A DNA stretch of 53,069 bases, taken from a virus (Duplodnaviria > Caudoviricetes). The notes under the pieces are model-generated. The model was not told the DNA's origin and did not search any database. It saw only the letters and a program-made list of their open reading frames with translations. The stretch covers positions 1 to 53,069 of IMG/VR virus record IMGVR_UViG_3300008267_000065; one strand, written 5' to 3'. Shown here one piece after another: positions 26,473 through 36,701 of this stretch; position 1 is the stretch's first letter, and the number at the start of each line of letters is the position of its first letter. A program made the translations under genes and the position numbers.

Positions 26473-29115
26473 ATGTCAGTAGATAAATTTAGATTTGTAA
26501 GCCCAGGTGTTTATGTAAACGAAATAGATGAAACTGGTATACCACGTTTACCTGGACCAACCGGCCCAGCTATTATAGGAACTTCAGAAAAGGGTCCAAT
26601 CATGAGACCTGTTGTTCTAAAAGATTACCAAGACTTTGAAGCAGTCTTTGGTGCACCCTCTCCTGGTGATGCATATTCTTCTCCAACCTATGGTGCTTTT
26701 GCGGCAAGAGCATATAAAGCAAGAGGTCGTGGAATTGGAAATGTAACCTTTGTTCGTCTTGGTGGTTTTCAACATGAAAATGCTTCTGAGCAAGGTAAAG
26801 CTGGATGGAAGATGAACAATGCTTATGGTTTATTTGTTCTACCGGTAAATTCTGGTAGTAATGGATATGACGCTACTGGTTCTGTTGCTGCAAACGCTCC
26901 ACTTGCTGCAATAATATATACTTCTGGTTCAGACTATGGCTTAAGTGGCAAAAAACTAGATGGAACCTCGGTCGCTACTGCTGTTACCGGAACATGGATT
27001 ATGGCTAATGCAAATAATCTAGAGTTTACCATTTCGGTTGATGGAAGTCCACAAATAATTGATTTTAGTGGTGGCGATAAGCATATTTCTAAAATCTTGA
27101 ACACTAACCCAGTTAAAACAAATTCTAATATTGCTACAGAGCCAGATGATTATTTCTTAAGTGAAGTTTACACTGATTTCGTTGTAAATAAAGTAGGTTC
27201 AATAAACAATAAAAATTTTGCTGGCGTTCTTGTAAAGTTAAACAATGCCGATGCTGGTGTAGATTTTGCTAATTTCAAAGAAGGAGCTAAAGAAGCACAA
27301 AGCGGTTGGATTGTATCTCAAGACACTTTTGCAACTGGCTCTTTCGAAGCGGGTCCAGACGGGTTTTATCCATCTGTTAAGAAATTATTTAAAGTAGTTG
27401 GCTTAACAGAAGGAAAATGGGCAAACGAAAAAATTGTTATCTCAATAGAAAATATAAAGCAAGGCAGTACATATCAACCATATGGAACCTTTGATTTAGT
27501 TGTAAGAGATGCAACAAAAGCCTCCTTACCTCAATTAAAAGTCTATTCTGGTCTAAATTTAGATCCAAATTCTGCTAATTATATAGCTAAGAAAGTTGGT
27601 GATAAATACCGCAAGTGGGATTACGATAGGGCAGAATATGTTGAATATAATACATATGAAAATAACGACAAAGACATTAGAGTAGAAATGCACCCAGACG
27701 TAAATGCAGGCTTACTAGATAAATCTCTTTTACCTTTTGGTTTCTATGCTCCTCCTAAATTTGCAGATGCGAAAGTTTCCGGTTCTTTTATAGAATCTGG
27801 TATACCTTTTATAGATGGAGATATTACAGGAAGTAATGAAATTTCTGCCTCATTTATGTTACCAGAAATACCAGTTGTTTCATCCTCTACATCAGATAGT
27901 ATACTAGGCATAAATATGAAAAAAGGAGCAATCATAAATCCTGATATTACTCATTATTTATCTTCAAAACCAGTTAATTTTACAGATAGACCAGCGTTTT
28001 TATTCTCTCTTGATGATTTATCCGGTTCATACGTTGGAACAACTTTAAGAAGTGTTACATGGAATATTGGTAACAGAAAAGGTAATAACTCTTTAACTAG
28101 CAACAATAAACTATCAGAGATTATAGAAAAAGGTTTTAACAAATTTCAATTTGCATTAGCTGGTGGAAGTGATGGTATTAACAAGCTAGAAAAAAATCCT
28201 TTCGCTAAATCTATTCTAGAAGCATCAGAAAATGAAACAGAAAATTATGCTTATAATAGTGTCAAGGTTGCTATAGACAGCATCTCAAATGCTGAGATAG
28301 TTGATATGAACGTAGCTGCTATGCCTGGTATAGATACTACTAGTCTTACAAATATGTTAATAGAAAAATGCGCTAACCGCGGTGATGCATTAGCTATTAT
28401 TGATCTAGATGGCGATTATAATCCAGAAAATGGAAGTGTCAACCTAGATGTTAAGACTGTAGTTAGTAACTTAAGGGCAAGATCATTAAATAATAGCTAT
28501 GGATGTGCGTATTTTCCATGGGTTAGAACAGCAGAGAATAATATACCACTACCTCCATCAGTTGCGGCTTTAGGTGTATTTGGTCACACAGAATCAACAA
28601 ATGAACTTTGGTTTGCACCAGCTGGTTTCAATCGTGGTGGATTATCTAATGTAGGTTTAGCATCACCGGTAATGCAATTATCAGCAAAAGAAAGAGATGA
28701 ACTTTATGAAAATAATATAAACCCAATTGCAAATTTCCCAGGAAATGGTGTTGTTATTTTTGGACAAAAGACTCTACAAGTAACTCCAAGTGCTCTTGAC
28801 CGAATCAATGTTCGTCGTATGATGATCTATGTTAAAAAAGAAATTAGTAGAATGGCAACAAACGTTCTATTTGATCCAAACGTACAGGTAACTTGGAGTA
28901 GATTTACAAATCTTGCTGTTCCATTCTTACAAAATGTTAAATCACGTTTTGGATTAAGTGATTTTAGAGTGGTACTAGATGAAACAACAACAACATCAGA
29001 ACTTGTAGATAGAAATATTGTTTACGCTAAGATAATGTTAAAACCAACAAGATCAATAGAATTTATAGCTCTTGACTTTGTTATTGCTCCAACTGGTGCT
29101 TCTTTTGACCAATAA
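26473..29115 (+). CDS. contractile tail sheath protein
   Basis: VSPGVYVNEID, WFAPAGFNRG, INPI, FGQKTL, LDRINVRR, LKPTRSIEFI. Confidence 0.95.
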   Translation: MSVDKFRFVSPGVYVNEIDETGIPRLPGPTGPAIIGTSEKGPIMRPVVLKDYQDFEAVFGAPSPGDAYSSPTYGAFAARAYKARGRGIGNVTFVRLGGFQHENASEQGKAGWKMNNAYGLFVLPVNSGSNGYDATGSVAANAPLAAIIYTSGSDYGLSGKKLDGTSVATAVTGTWIMANANNLEFTISVDGSPQIIDFSGGDKHISKILNTNPVKTNSNIATEPDDYFLSEVYTDFVVNKVGSINNKNFAGVLVKLNNADAGVDFANFKEGAKEAQSGWIVSQDTFATGSFEAGPDGFYPSVKKLFKVVGLTEGKWANEKIVISIENIKQGSTYQPYGTFDLVVRDATKASLPQLKVYSGLNLDPNSANYIAKKVGDKYRKWDYDRAEYVEYNTYENNDKDIRVEMHPDVNAGLLDKSLLPFGFYAPPKFADAKVSGSFIESGIPFIDGDITGSNEISASFMLPEIPVVSSSTSDSILGINMKKGAIINPDITHYLSSKPVNFTDRPAFLFSLDDLSGSYVGTTLRSVTWNIGNRKGNNSLTSNNKLSEIIEKGFNKFQFALAGGSDGINKLEKNPFAKSILEASENETENYAYNSVKVAIDSISNAEIVDMNVAAMPGIDTTSLTNMLIEKCANRGDALAIIDLDGDYNPENGSVNLDVKTVVSNLRARSLNNSYGCAYFPWVRTAENNIPLPPSVAALGVFGHTESTNELWFAPAGFNRGGLSNVGLASPVMQLSAKERDELYENNINPIANFPGNGVVIFGQKTLQVTPSALDRINVRRMMIYVKKEISRMATNVLFDPNVQVTWSRFTNLAVPFLQNVKSRFGLSDFRVVLDETTTTSELVDRNIVYAKIMLKPTRSIEFIALDFVIAPTGASFDQ

Positions 29116-29126
29116 TTTATCTTAAA

Positions 29127-29134
29127 ACTATATA
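29127..29134 (+). promoter_or_regulatory. candidate late-promoter variant ACTATATA
   Basis: Intergenic, upstream of the first tail tube gene. Confidence 0.4.
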
Positions 29135-29154
29135 ATAATATTGGAGAAAAATAA

Positions 29155-29793
29155 ATGCCAGATACACCAACAGCAGGTTTTTGGACAAGCAGTTTTGAGC
29201 CTTTAAGACAATATAGATGGTATATGTCGTTTGGCGTAGGCACCGAAAACACGACCGGCAAATTAATGGATGAACATATTTACACGCTTAAAAAAGTAGA
29301 TAAGCCAAAAATGAAGTTGAACACTTTTCAACATAAATTTGTAAATCATTATTATAACTTTCCTGGTAGGGTGGAGTGGGAAGAAATTAGTTTGACGGTT
29401 GCTGCCACACAGGAAAGTTCAAAAGCTTTTTATGCTGCTTTAACAGGTGCAAATTATACATTTGATGTAGCCGCAGTTGCGGACAATAAATATAAAAATA
29501 TATCAAAGAGTAAATTTAAATCAACTACCGGGAATCTAAAAATAATCCAGATAGACGCTGAAGGCAATGAATTAGAAACTTGGCAATTGATCAATCCTAT
29601 ATTTACTTCTATTCAAAATGGATCCCTGGATTATAGCAGTGATGAAATTGTAGATATAACCTGTAATATAGCTTATGATTATGCAAAATTTACATTACCC
29701 GGCGCTGGAGGAGGTGGAGCAGCTGGTGGAGCAGCTGGTGGAGCAGCTGGTGGAGCAGCTGGTGGAGCAGCTGGTGGAACCGGACAAACCTAA
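29155..29793 (+). CDS. tail tube protein 1 (gp19-like)
   Basis: EPLRQYRW, KKVDKPK, FPGRVEWEEI, ETWQLINP, GSLDYSSD, IAYDYA. Confidence 0.85.
   Translation: MPDTPTAGFWTSSFEPLRQYRWYMSFGVGTENTTGKLMDEHIYTLKKVDKPKMKLNTFQHKFVNHYYNFPGRVEWEEISLTVAATQESSKAFYAALTGANYTFDVAAVADNKYKNISKSKFKSTTGNLKIIQIDAEGNELETWQLINPIFTSIQNGSLDYSSDEIVDITCNIAYDYAKFTLPGAGGGGAAGGAAGGAAGGAAGGAAGGTGQT
29713..29778 (+). repeat. perfect 12-bp tandem repeat (GGTGGAGCAGCT) x5.5, encoding (GGAA)n
   Basis: Read directly from the sequence. Confidence 0.95.
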
Positions 29794-29823
29794 AACATTA
29801 ATATTCATATTTGGAGAAAATAA

Positions 29824-30390
29824 ATGGCATTTTGGAGCACAGGTGAGCCTTTTAGACAATTTAGGTGGTACATGATATTTGGAAATTCCGATGGAGCAGA
29901 GACAGCAGTTCCAACACTAACAGATAATATTGCTAAAACGGTAACAGAGTTTAATTCTATAAAATTAGATAACAACACGTTTCTATTAAAAAAAGTAGAA
30001 AAACCAAAGGTTAAAGTAGGAAAAATACAACACAAATATTTAAATCACTTCTATAATTACCCAGGAAGAGCAGAATGGGAAGATATTCAAGTTACATTTG
30101 CAGGAACTGCTGATTTATCTAACAGACTTGAAAATATATTTTTAAATAGCGGTTATAGCGCACCAAACTCTGAATCTAATAGAAAAACAATTTCTAAAAC
30201 CAATATTGTAAAAAATACTGGTGCAACAATTCAAATAGTTCAAATTTCTGACGAAGGTGCAGCTCTCGAAACTTGGTCATTAAAAAACCCAATGTTTGTA
30301 TCCGTACAATTTGGATCACTTGATTATTCAAGTGAAGATGGTGTAGACATACAGTGTACTATAAAATATGATAGTGCTTCTGTTTCATAA
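29824..30390 (+). CDS. tail tube protein 2 (gp19-like paralogue)
   Basis: EPFRQFRW, YPGRAEWEDI, GSLDYSSED, IKYDSA. Confidence 0.85.
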   Translation: MAFWSTGEPFRQFRWYMIFGNSDGAETAVPTLTDNIAKTVTEFNSIKLDNNTFLLKKVEKPKVKVGKIQHKYLNHFYNYPGRAEWEDIQVTFAGTADLSNRLENIFLNSGYSAPNSESNRKTISKTNIVKNTGATIQIVQISDEGAALETWSLKNPMFVSVQFGSLDYSSEDGVDIQCTIKYDSASVS

Positions 30391-30404
30391 AACAATAACA
30401 TACA

Positions 30405-30977
30405 ATGGCATTCTGGAATAATCCAAGCGAAATATATCCTTTAACACAATACTCTTGGACTTTAGAGTTAAGTACAGATATTAATACACTAGCCGGGTTC
30501 GCAACTGATGAATTGCAGGTTGTTCTAAAATCGTGTACAAAACCTTCTTTTGAGATAGGTGTATCAGAACATAAACTCCTAACTCAAACAGAAAAATTTC
30601 CTACAACACTAAAGTGGAATCCGATAGAAGTTAAATTAGTGGCCACAAAAGATACCGAAAGAAAAATAGAATTAGTTATTAATAGATTAGGTTATAACAC
30701 TCCATATACTGAAACTGATTCAGATACAGAATACAAACATCAAAGTATTAAAAAACTTGATGAAAGAGCACAATATGTTACAATAAAACAATTTAGTGCT
30801 GATGCGGAAGAATTGCAAAAGTGGCAACTTTACAACGCATTTATATCGTCTGTTAATTATGGAAATTTATCGTATGAAACAGACGGATTTGTAGAAACGT
30901 CATTAACAATTCAATATGATTATGCTATATTAGGTGGGTCTATCATAGAACCCCAACCCCCCGCCCGCCCCGCGTAA
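30405..30977 (+). CDS. tail tube protein 3 (more divergent paralogue)
   Basis: MAFWN, SCTKPSF, FPTTLKWNPI, WQLYNAFI, GNLSY, IQYDYA. Confidence 0.75.
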   Translation: MAFWNNPSEIYPLTQYSWTLELSTDINTLAGFATDELQVVLKSCTKPSFEIGVSEHKLLTQTEKFPTTLKWNPIEVKLVATKDTERKIELVINRLGYNTPYTETDSDTEYKHQSIKKLDERAQYVTIKQFSADAEELQKWQLYNAFISSVNYGNLSYETDGFVETSLTIQYDYAILGGSIIEPQPPARPA

Positions 30978-30995
30978 TAAAGAAAGCAGGAAAAT

Positions 30996-31856
30996 ATGAG
31001 AAACAATGAAGATAGAATAGGAATAAATAAACAACTACAAGATGTTACACCTCCAAATGTTTTACAAGCAAATAATCAAACACTAAATTTAAATTTTGTT
31101 GTTCCAACAGAATTTGTTGAACTACCTTCAAAGGGTAGATTTTATGATCCGTCGCACCCTTTACATGGCAAAGAAACAATTGAAATAAAACAGATGACCG
31201 CCAAAGAGGAAGATATTTTAACCTCAAGAAGCTTACTTAAAAAAGGCGTTGCACTAGACAAATTACTAGAATCAATCATTTTAGATAAATCAATAAATCC
31301 AGATACGCTAACTATTGAAGACAGAAATGCAATTATAGTTTCAACAAGAATTAGCGGATACGGTCCACAATATACAACTTCAGTTATTTGTCCTTCTTGC
31401 GAACAAAAAACAAGGTATACTTTTGACCTTTCTAACAAAATTAATTCTATTGAAACCGAAGAATTTGAACAGGATCCAGAAACAGTAATTGACGAAAATG
31501 GTAATTTTTCTTTTGTACTTCCTTCTACAAAGTGGAATGTTGTTTGCAGGGCATTAAACGGAAGAGATGAAAAAACAATTTCAAATCTATCAGAAGCAAA
31601 AAAGAAAAGCTCAAACGACTCTTTTTTAATTGATCAACTACTATTAATGGTTGTTTCAATACAAGAAGTAACAGATAGACAGGTTCTTCAAAATGCATTA
31701 AACGCCATTCCAGCAAGCGATTCAAGATTTTTAAGAAAAATGTATAGAAAAGCTGTTAAACCTTTTGAAATGAAACAAAGTTTCTATTGCTCAAATTGTT
31801 CTCACGAAGCGGATTTGGAGGTTCCGCTTTCAGCAGACTTCTTTTGGTTTAAGTGA
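30996..31856 (+). CDS. baseplate hub/tail assembly chaperone (T4 gp26-like)
   Basis: VELPSKG, MTAKEEDILT, RISGYG, CPSC, CSNC, C-terminal DFFW; sits just before tape measure. Confidence 0.75.
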   Translation: MRNNEDRIGINKQLQDVTPPNVLQANNQTLNLNFVVPTEFVELPSKGRFYDPSHPLHGKETIEIKQMTAKEEDILTSRSLLKKGVALDKLLESIILDKSINPDTLTIEDRNAIIVSTRISGYGPQYTTSVICPSCEQKTRYTFDLSNKINSIETEEFEQDPETVIDENGNFSFVLPSTKWNVVCRALNGRDEKTISNLSEAKKKSSNDSFLIDQLLLMVVSIQEVTDRQVLQNALNAIPASDSRFLRKMYRKAVKPFEMKQSFYCSNCSHEADLEVPLSADFFWFK

Positions 31857-32028
31857 TGAATATCAAAAGAATATCTATGAGAGCTTCTTCTATTTAAAGT
31901 ATTATGGAGGTTTCTCACTTTTTGAAAGTTATAATCTTCCAATACAGCTAAGAAACTGGTTTATAGATAAATTAAGCAATCAATTAAAGGTAGAAAGCGA
32001 AGAGATAAAAAAAGCATATAGTAAATAA
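31843..32028 (+). CDS. start-less +1-frame extension of the chaperone (FGLSDEYQKNIYESFFYLKYYGGFSLFESYNLPIQLRNWFIDKL...)
   Basis: Frame is open 31774-32028 with no ATG/GTG/TTG; protein-like sequence begins at the TTC-TTT-TGG run; a terminator follows. Confidence 0.6.
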   Translation, partial: FGLSDEYQKNIYESFFYLKYYGGFSLFESYNLPIQLRNWFIDKLSNQLKVESEEIKKAYSK

Positions 32029-32029
32029 T

Positions 32030-32063
32030 AGGTGAGGCATGTAAAGTGCCTCACTTTTTTTTT
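32030..32063 (+). terminator. intrinsic terminator before tape measure
   Basis: GGTGAGGCAT-GTAAA-GTGCCTCAC followed by a long T run. Confidence 0.85.
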
Positions 32064-32068
32064 ATTTA

Positions 32069-32076
32069 TCTAATTA
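32069..32076 (+). promoter_or_regulatory. candidate late-promoter variant TCTAATTA
   Basis: Between the terminator and the tape measure start. Confidence 0.45.
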
Positions 32077-32108
32077 TTATACGTTGTTTCAATACAGGGA
32101 AATAAAAG

Positions 32109-35087
32109 ATGGCAGATCCTAAAAACCCAAAAATAGAACAGATAGAAAATATAAGTGGTGATATAAAGAAAGCATCAGAAACAGAAGATGCTTATCTTGA
32201 TAGGATTCTTGCAAAATATAAAGCAAGCAATGCCGAAATAGCTAAAAAAGTAAAAGAGACTAAAAAACAGCTGGAATTGGAAAAAGAAATCCTTAAGATA
32301 CAGAAAGAGCGAGAAGGTCTAGACAAAAGAGAAGCAGACATAAACAAGAAAAAATCTTCTTCAAATCAAGAGAATTTAAAAGAATCACAAAAGCTATTAA
32401 AAAATTTAAAAGAGCAATACGAAGAAGCAAAAAGAAGTGGCGATTTAAATGAAGAGAAGACAAAAAAGTTAAAAAAGCAACTTGATGAACAAGAAAAGAT
32501 ACACAAAAAATTAAAACAAGAAGTAGAAGAATTAAAAAAATCAAATAAAGAAGCAAAAGAATTAGACGAAGAATTTAAAGAGGTTGACAAATCTGCTGGC
32601 GGTGTTGTTGGTACATTAAGCAAAATAGGAAGTGGAATTAGTGGCCTTGTCGGCGGTGTTGTTAGTCTGGGAACCAGTTTAATAAGTGGTATCTATAATG
32701 GTATCAAAGGTTTAGCTTCTGGAATTCATGGGGCTTTTGATGTTATTTCCGGTGGTATGCTTGGAAATATAACTGGTACATTTGGTAATATTACAGGATT
32801 TATAAAAGATGGTATCCGCGAATTAATGGACCGCCAAAAAGAATTTGCATCTACAACTGGTGTTGCAGCAAAAAGTGTTGGTGTTGACCTAGCAAGAATG
32901 GGTAAATATTATGGCAATCTTGGTGTGGATGTTGATTCAGTTAACAAAACATATTTAAGATTATTTGAGTCAATGTCTAAATTTTCTAGACTAAGCACAA
33001 AAGAACAAGAACGGTTATCTGTTCATACAACGCTTATGGGTAATTTTGGTATTTCGCAAGATGCAGTTGCGAGAAATTACGAAATATTAACAAGATCCAT
33101 GGGAAAGTCAACAGCACAACTAACACAATTTTCAGATAGACTGATGAGACATGCCATAGGAGCAGGAATTGCACCAAAGAAGATGGTTGAAGAGTTTGCT
33201 CAAGCTGCTCCAAGGTTGCTTGCTTACGGACAAAGAGCAGAAGAAGTTTATATAAAGTTAGCTAAAGCAGCAAAAGGTTTAGGTGTAGAAATGTCTACAC
33301 TAACTGGCGTTTTAGGAGATCAATTTGATAGCTTTGAGGGATCTGCAAAAATAGCCGGTCAATTAAATGCTGTTCTAGGTGGAAATTATTTAAATTCAAT
33401 AGAATTATTAAACGCATCAGAAGAGCAGAGACTAGTAATTTTAAGAAGAAGCTTGGATATGGCTGGTGTGTCGTTTGGAGCTTTGGATAAATGGGGCAAA
33501 AAAACAATTGCAACAATTATGCAAACAAGTGATATGGATCAACTTACAAGAATGTTTGGTGGATCCACAGCTGATTTAACTAAGCAGATGAATAGTCAAG
33601 CTGCAACTCAAGATAAACTAATGGCAGGATTAAAAGAAGCCGCCGACCCATTAAAGAAAATATCAGCTTTCTTCGATACATTTAAACAAGAGTTGATGCC
33701 ATTTGCTGAAAAAACAAATGAGATGCTAAGTACTATAGCGAGTCCAGAAGTAGCCAAGAAAATAGAGGGTGTTATAGAACAGATAAAATCGTTTTTAATG
33801 AATTTGTATGAAACAGCTAAAGGCTATATAACAAACTTTATGAATGATAATAACATAACTTTTGATTCCCTGCAAGAGAGTTTTATGAAAAAAGTCGGAA
33901 GTATGCAGGAAGGTTTAATGGGTGCATTTGAAACCGCTAAAGTATTCTTAATGGATACATTTAATGAAATAAAAGCATTTTTTGAGGGAGATGAAAGCAT
34001 AACAGACCTTATAAAAAGAAAATTTTTAGATTTAGCAGGATTTGTAAGCGAAAACTTGTCTAAATTTGCTCCTAGTTTTAAAACAGTAGCTATAGCAGTT
34101 GGCGCTATTGCATTAGCTGTGTGGGGATGGGGCAAAGCATCAAAAACAGCCGCACCTGAAGTAGCTGGTTTGACTTTTGAGATAGTTGCAATTGGAGCAG
34201 CGATTGGAATAGCTGGTTGGGGTATTTCCAAAGTTGGCGAAGGTATAAAATTTGTTCTTGATGGATTAGGTGGATTAATAAAAGATATCTTTGGCTCCAT
34301 AGTGGAATTAATTAAAGCACCAGCTGCAGCTGTAAAGGACTTTGGTCAGGGCGTAAAAGATCTTTCTGCTGCTGCTTCTGATATTGGTCTTGTTAATCTT
34401 GGTAAATTAGTTGTAATTATTAAAGATATGGCAGGGGTGGGAGATGCTTTCGCTGCAACACAAATTACATATAGTAAACTTACTTATTCAATAAACAATC
34501 TAAATGTTGGAAACATAGACAGATTAGAAAAACATATGACAACAATTAGAGATTTTGCTTCTGTAGATAAATATAGTGACAATCTGGCTGCGTTAGGGTC
34601 ATCAATGGAAAAAATGTCACAAAGTTTTAACACTCTTCCAGCAGATAAACTATTATCTTTTAACCAATCTTTGGTTAATTTTGACAAGCTAATATCAAAT
34701 TCAAATTTGGTTGCTTCATCAAAAGCAATTGTTGAAGCTGTAACAATGATATCCTCAGCATTAAACAGTATGCCAGAGAACAAAAAAGTAATGCTTGAAT
34801 CTGTTGTCAGTACAATAAACACTGTCAAACAAATTTCAGATGATCAATTAAAACCATCAAAACAGTTTTTTGAAGTAGTTACTAAATACTATGAAGCGCA
34901 AGCTAATTCAAAAACAGCTGACCAAGATGCTGTTGTTCAAGCATTAAAAGAAGCAACAAGGGCGATAGTTGGTGAATTGAAAGAATCAAGAGATTCTCAA
35001 CCTACAATTAATGTTAAAGTTGATTCTACCGGAAACGTAATCAGAATGAATACACCAGCTAAGGATGTATTATACACACCAGGATAA
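32109..35087 (+). CDS. tape measure protein
   Basis: 992 aa, helical; FDSFEGSAKIAGQLNAVLGG; hydrophobic A/G-rich segments; position after tube and chaperone. Confidence 0.8.
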   Translation: MADPKNPKIEQIENISGDIKKASETEDAYLDRILAKYKASNAEIAKKVKETKKQLELEKEILKIQKEREGLDKREADINKKKSSSNQENLKESQKLLKNLKEQYEEAKRSGDLNEEKTKKLKKQLDEQEKIHKKLKQEVEELKKSNKEAKELDEEFKEVDKSAGGVVGTLSKIGSGISGLVGGVVSLGTSLISGIYNGIKGLASGIHGAFDVISGGMLGNITGTFGNITGFIKDGIRELMDRQKEFASTTGVAAKSVGVDLARMGKYYGNLGVDVDSVNKTYLRLFESMSKFSRLSTKEQERLSVHTTLMGNFGISQDAVARNYEILTRSMGKSTAQLTQFSDRLMRHAIGAGIAPKKMVEEFAQAAPRLLAYGQRAEEVYIKLAKAAKGLGVEMSTLTGVLGDQFDSFEGSAKIAGQLNAVLGGNYLNSIELLNASEEQRLVILRRSLDMAGVSFGALDKWGKKTIATIMQTSDMDQLTRMFGGSTADLTKQMNSQAATQDKLMAGLKEAADPLKKISAFFDTFKQELMPFAEKTNEMLSTIASPEVAKKIEGVIEQIKSFLMNLYETAKGYITNFMNDNNITFDSLQESFMKKVGSMQEGLMGAFETAKVFLMDTFNEIKAFFEGDESITDLIKRKFLDLAGFVSENLSKFAPSFKTVAIAVGAIALAVWGWGKASKTAAPEVAGLTFEIVAIGAAIGIAGWGISKVGEGIKFVLDGLGGLIKDIFGSIVELIKAPAAAVKDFGQGVKDLSAAASDIGLVNLGKLVVIIKDMAGVGDAFAATQITYSKLTYSINNLNVGNIDRLEKHMTTIRDFASVDKYSDNLAALGSSMEKMSQSFNTLPADKLLSFNQSLVNFDKLISNSNLVASSKAIVEAVTMISSALNSMPENKKVMLESVVSTINTVKQISDDQLKPSKQFFEVVTKYYEAQANSKTADQDAVVQALKEATRAIVGELKESRDSQPTINVKVDSTGNVIRMNTPAKDVLYTPG

Positions 35088-35091
35088 AGAT

Positions 35092-35778
35092 ATGCCAGTT
35101 GAAGTTAATACAATTTATATTTATTCTTTTGTTGCAGATATGCAATTTAAATTTCCTGCTTATTTAACTAATTTTGCAGATAATAGAAATTGTAATTGGT
35201 CAACAAGTGAAATATATGGTAGAAAAGATCCTATATATACATATAAAAATACTACAAGAACTATAAATTTAGAATTTGACATACCGTGTATATCGGAAAA
35301 TAGTTCAAACCCCATCCAATCTTCTCTTCAATTTTTTAAATACAAAACGATGTATCCAATTTATGGTAATTATAAAAATAATAATATTTTAACAGTTCCT
35401 CCATACCACAGAGTTAGATTATGTAATCTAATCAAATCAGAAGAAACATATACACATACAAAAACGGTCCAGCGCAATACTGAGACAAAGACTATAGAGC
35501 TTACAAAAGACGGCTTATTGTGTTGGATTTCAGAATTTTCTTATTTTCCAAAAGTAGATAATGGGTTTTTTATTAATAACTTTGATAATAATATTTATGC
35601 AAAATTATTCTCCGTTTCTTTAACATTAAATGTTATTCACGAAAATTTATTGGGTTATAAGGAAAGTAGTGGTACTATAACAAAAAGAAGTGACAATAAT
35701 ACATCTGATACACCTCCACCCCGCGCCGTTGCTTCAACACCAGCTGAATCAGCCATCGAAGATGGAGTACTTGCATGA
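35092..35778 (+). CDS. tube-initiator/baseplate protein, paralogue 1
   Basis: AYLTNFAD...W...YGRKDPIYTYKNTTRTINLEF; PP..R; AGGA RBS before ATG 35092. Confidence 0.6.
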   Translation: MPVEVNTIYIYSFVADMQFKFPAYLTNFADNRNCNWSTSEIYGRKDPIYTYKNTTRTINLEFDIPCISENSSNPIQSSLQFFKYKTMYPIYGNYKNNNILTVPPYHRVRLCNLIKSEETYTHTKTVQRNTETKTIELTKDGLLCWISEFSYFPKVDNGFFINNFDNNIYAKLFSVSLTLNVIHENLLGYKESSGTITKRSDNNTSDTPPPRAVASTPAESAIEDGVLA

Positions 35779-36701
35779 GTGATATATCTATAACTTGTCT
35801 TTCTTCTGACAAAAAAGTTGATTTTAAACCCTATCTAACAGATTTTAAAGACACAGTAACTCCATCGTGGACTTCTACCGATACATATTCAAGAATGGAT
35901 CCAATATATACATATAAAATGACAAAAAGAAAAATAAACATGTCATTTGATGTCCCAAGTGCAAATTCTAGTTCTGCTAAGGAAAATTATGATAAAATGA
36001 ATACATTATTAGACTCAATGTATCCTATTTTTGATGAAAAAAATTCTGATATGTATGGATCTGCTATTATAAATGGCCCTCCGTTATTTAGAATAAATTT
36101 TAGTAATTATGTTGATAATACATTGGGTGTTATAACATCGCTTTCTTTTAAACCTGAGTTAGAAAATGGTTTTTTTGTTATAACAGGATCAAACACTACC
36201 GATCCCATGATATACCCAAAATTATTCAAAGTAAATATTTCTTTTGATGTTATACATGACAACGGTAATAGTGACTTTAATGCAGCTAGTGGACAATTAA
36301 CAGTAACGCCTCCAGCGCAACAAGGCGCCGGATCGCGCGATGCAGCTACGACCAGCACCGATGCTGCTGGGGCGCCTAATGATTCGACACAAACAAACCC
36401 TCAAAATCCGGCTGGAGATGTCACTCCGCCGCCACCAGCATCTTCAACTTTACCTGATTTAGATAAACTTATAGATGATGCAATTAAAAGTTTTAATGGT
36501 GATCCTCCTCCGAAAAATCCAAAATATAAAAGAGGTAATATAGGAGATGGAGGAATGAAAAAAATTAGAGAGCTATATACACAACTTACAGAAGATGGAA
36601 ATTTCCAAAGACACATATGGATAAGAAAAGGTAAAGCGTCTAAAGATACAGAAGAGTACAAATTAAATGAACTTATTGCAACATTGTCCAAGGGTAAATA
36701 A
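35775..36701 (+). CDS. tube-initiator/baseplate protein, paralogue 2, with low-complexity extension
   Basis: PYLTDFKD...W...YSRMDPIYTYKMTKRKINMSF, PPLFRI, YPKLF, DVIH. Confidence 0.6.
   Translation: MSDISITCLSSDKKVDFKPYLTDFKDTVTPSWTSTDTYSRMDPIYTYKMTKRKINMSFDVPSANSSSAKENYDKMNTLLDSMYPIFDEKNSDMYGSAIINGPPLFRINFSNYVDNTLGVITSLSFKPELENGFFVITGSNTTDPMIYPKLFKVNISFDVIHDNGNSDFNAASGQLTVTPPAQQGAGSRDAATTSTDAAGAPNDSTQTNPQNPAGDVTPPPPASSTLPDLDKLIDDAIKSFNGDPPPKNPKYKRGNIGDGGMKKIRELYTQLTEDGNFQRHIWIRKGKASKDTEEYKLNELIATLSKGK

Noticed and set aside
29713-29778. Possible CRISPR mini-array
   Set aside because: The repeats are contiguous 12-mers without spacers and lie in frame within a gene.
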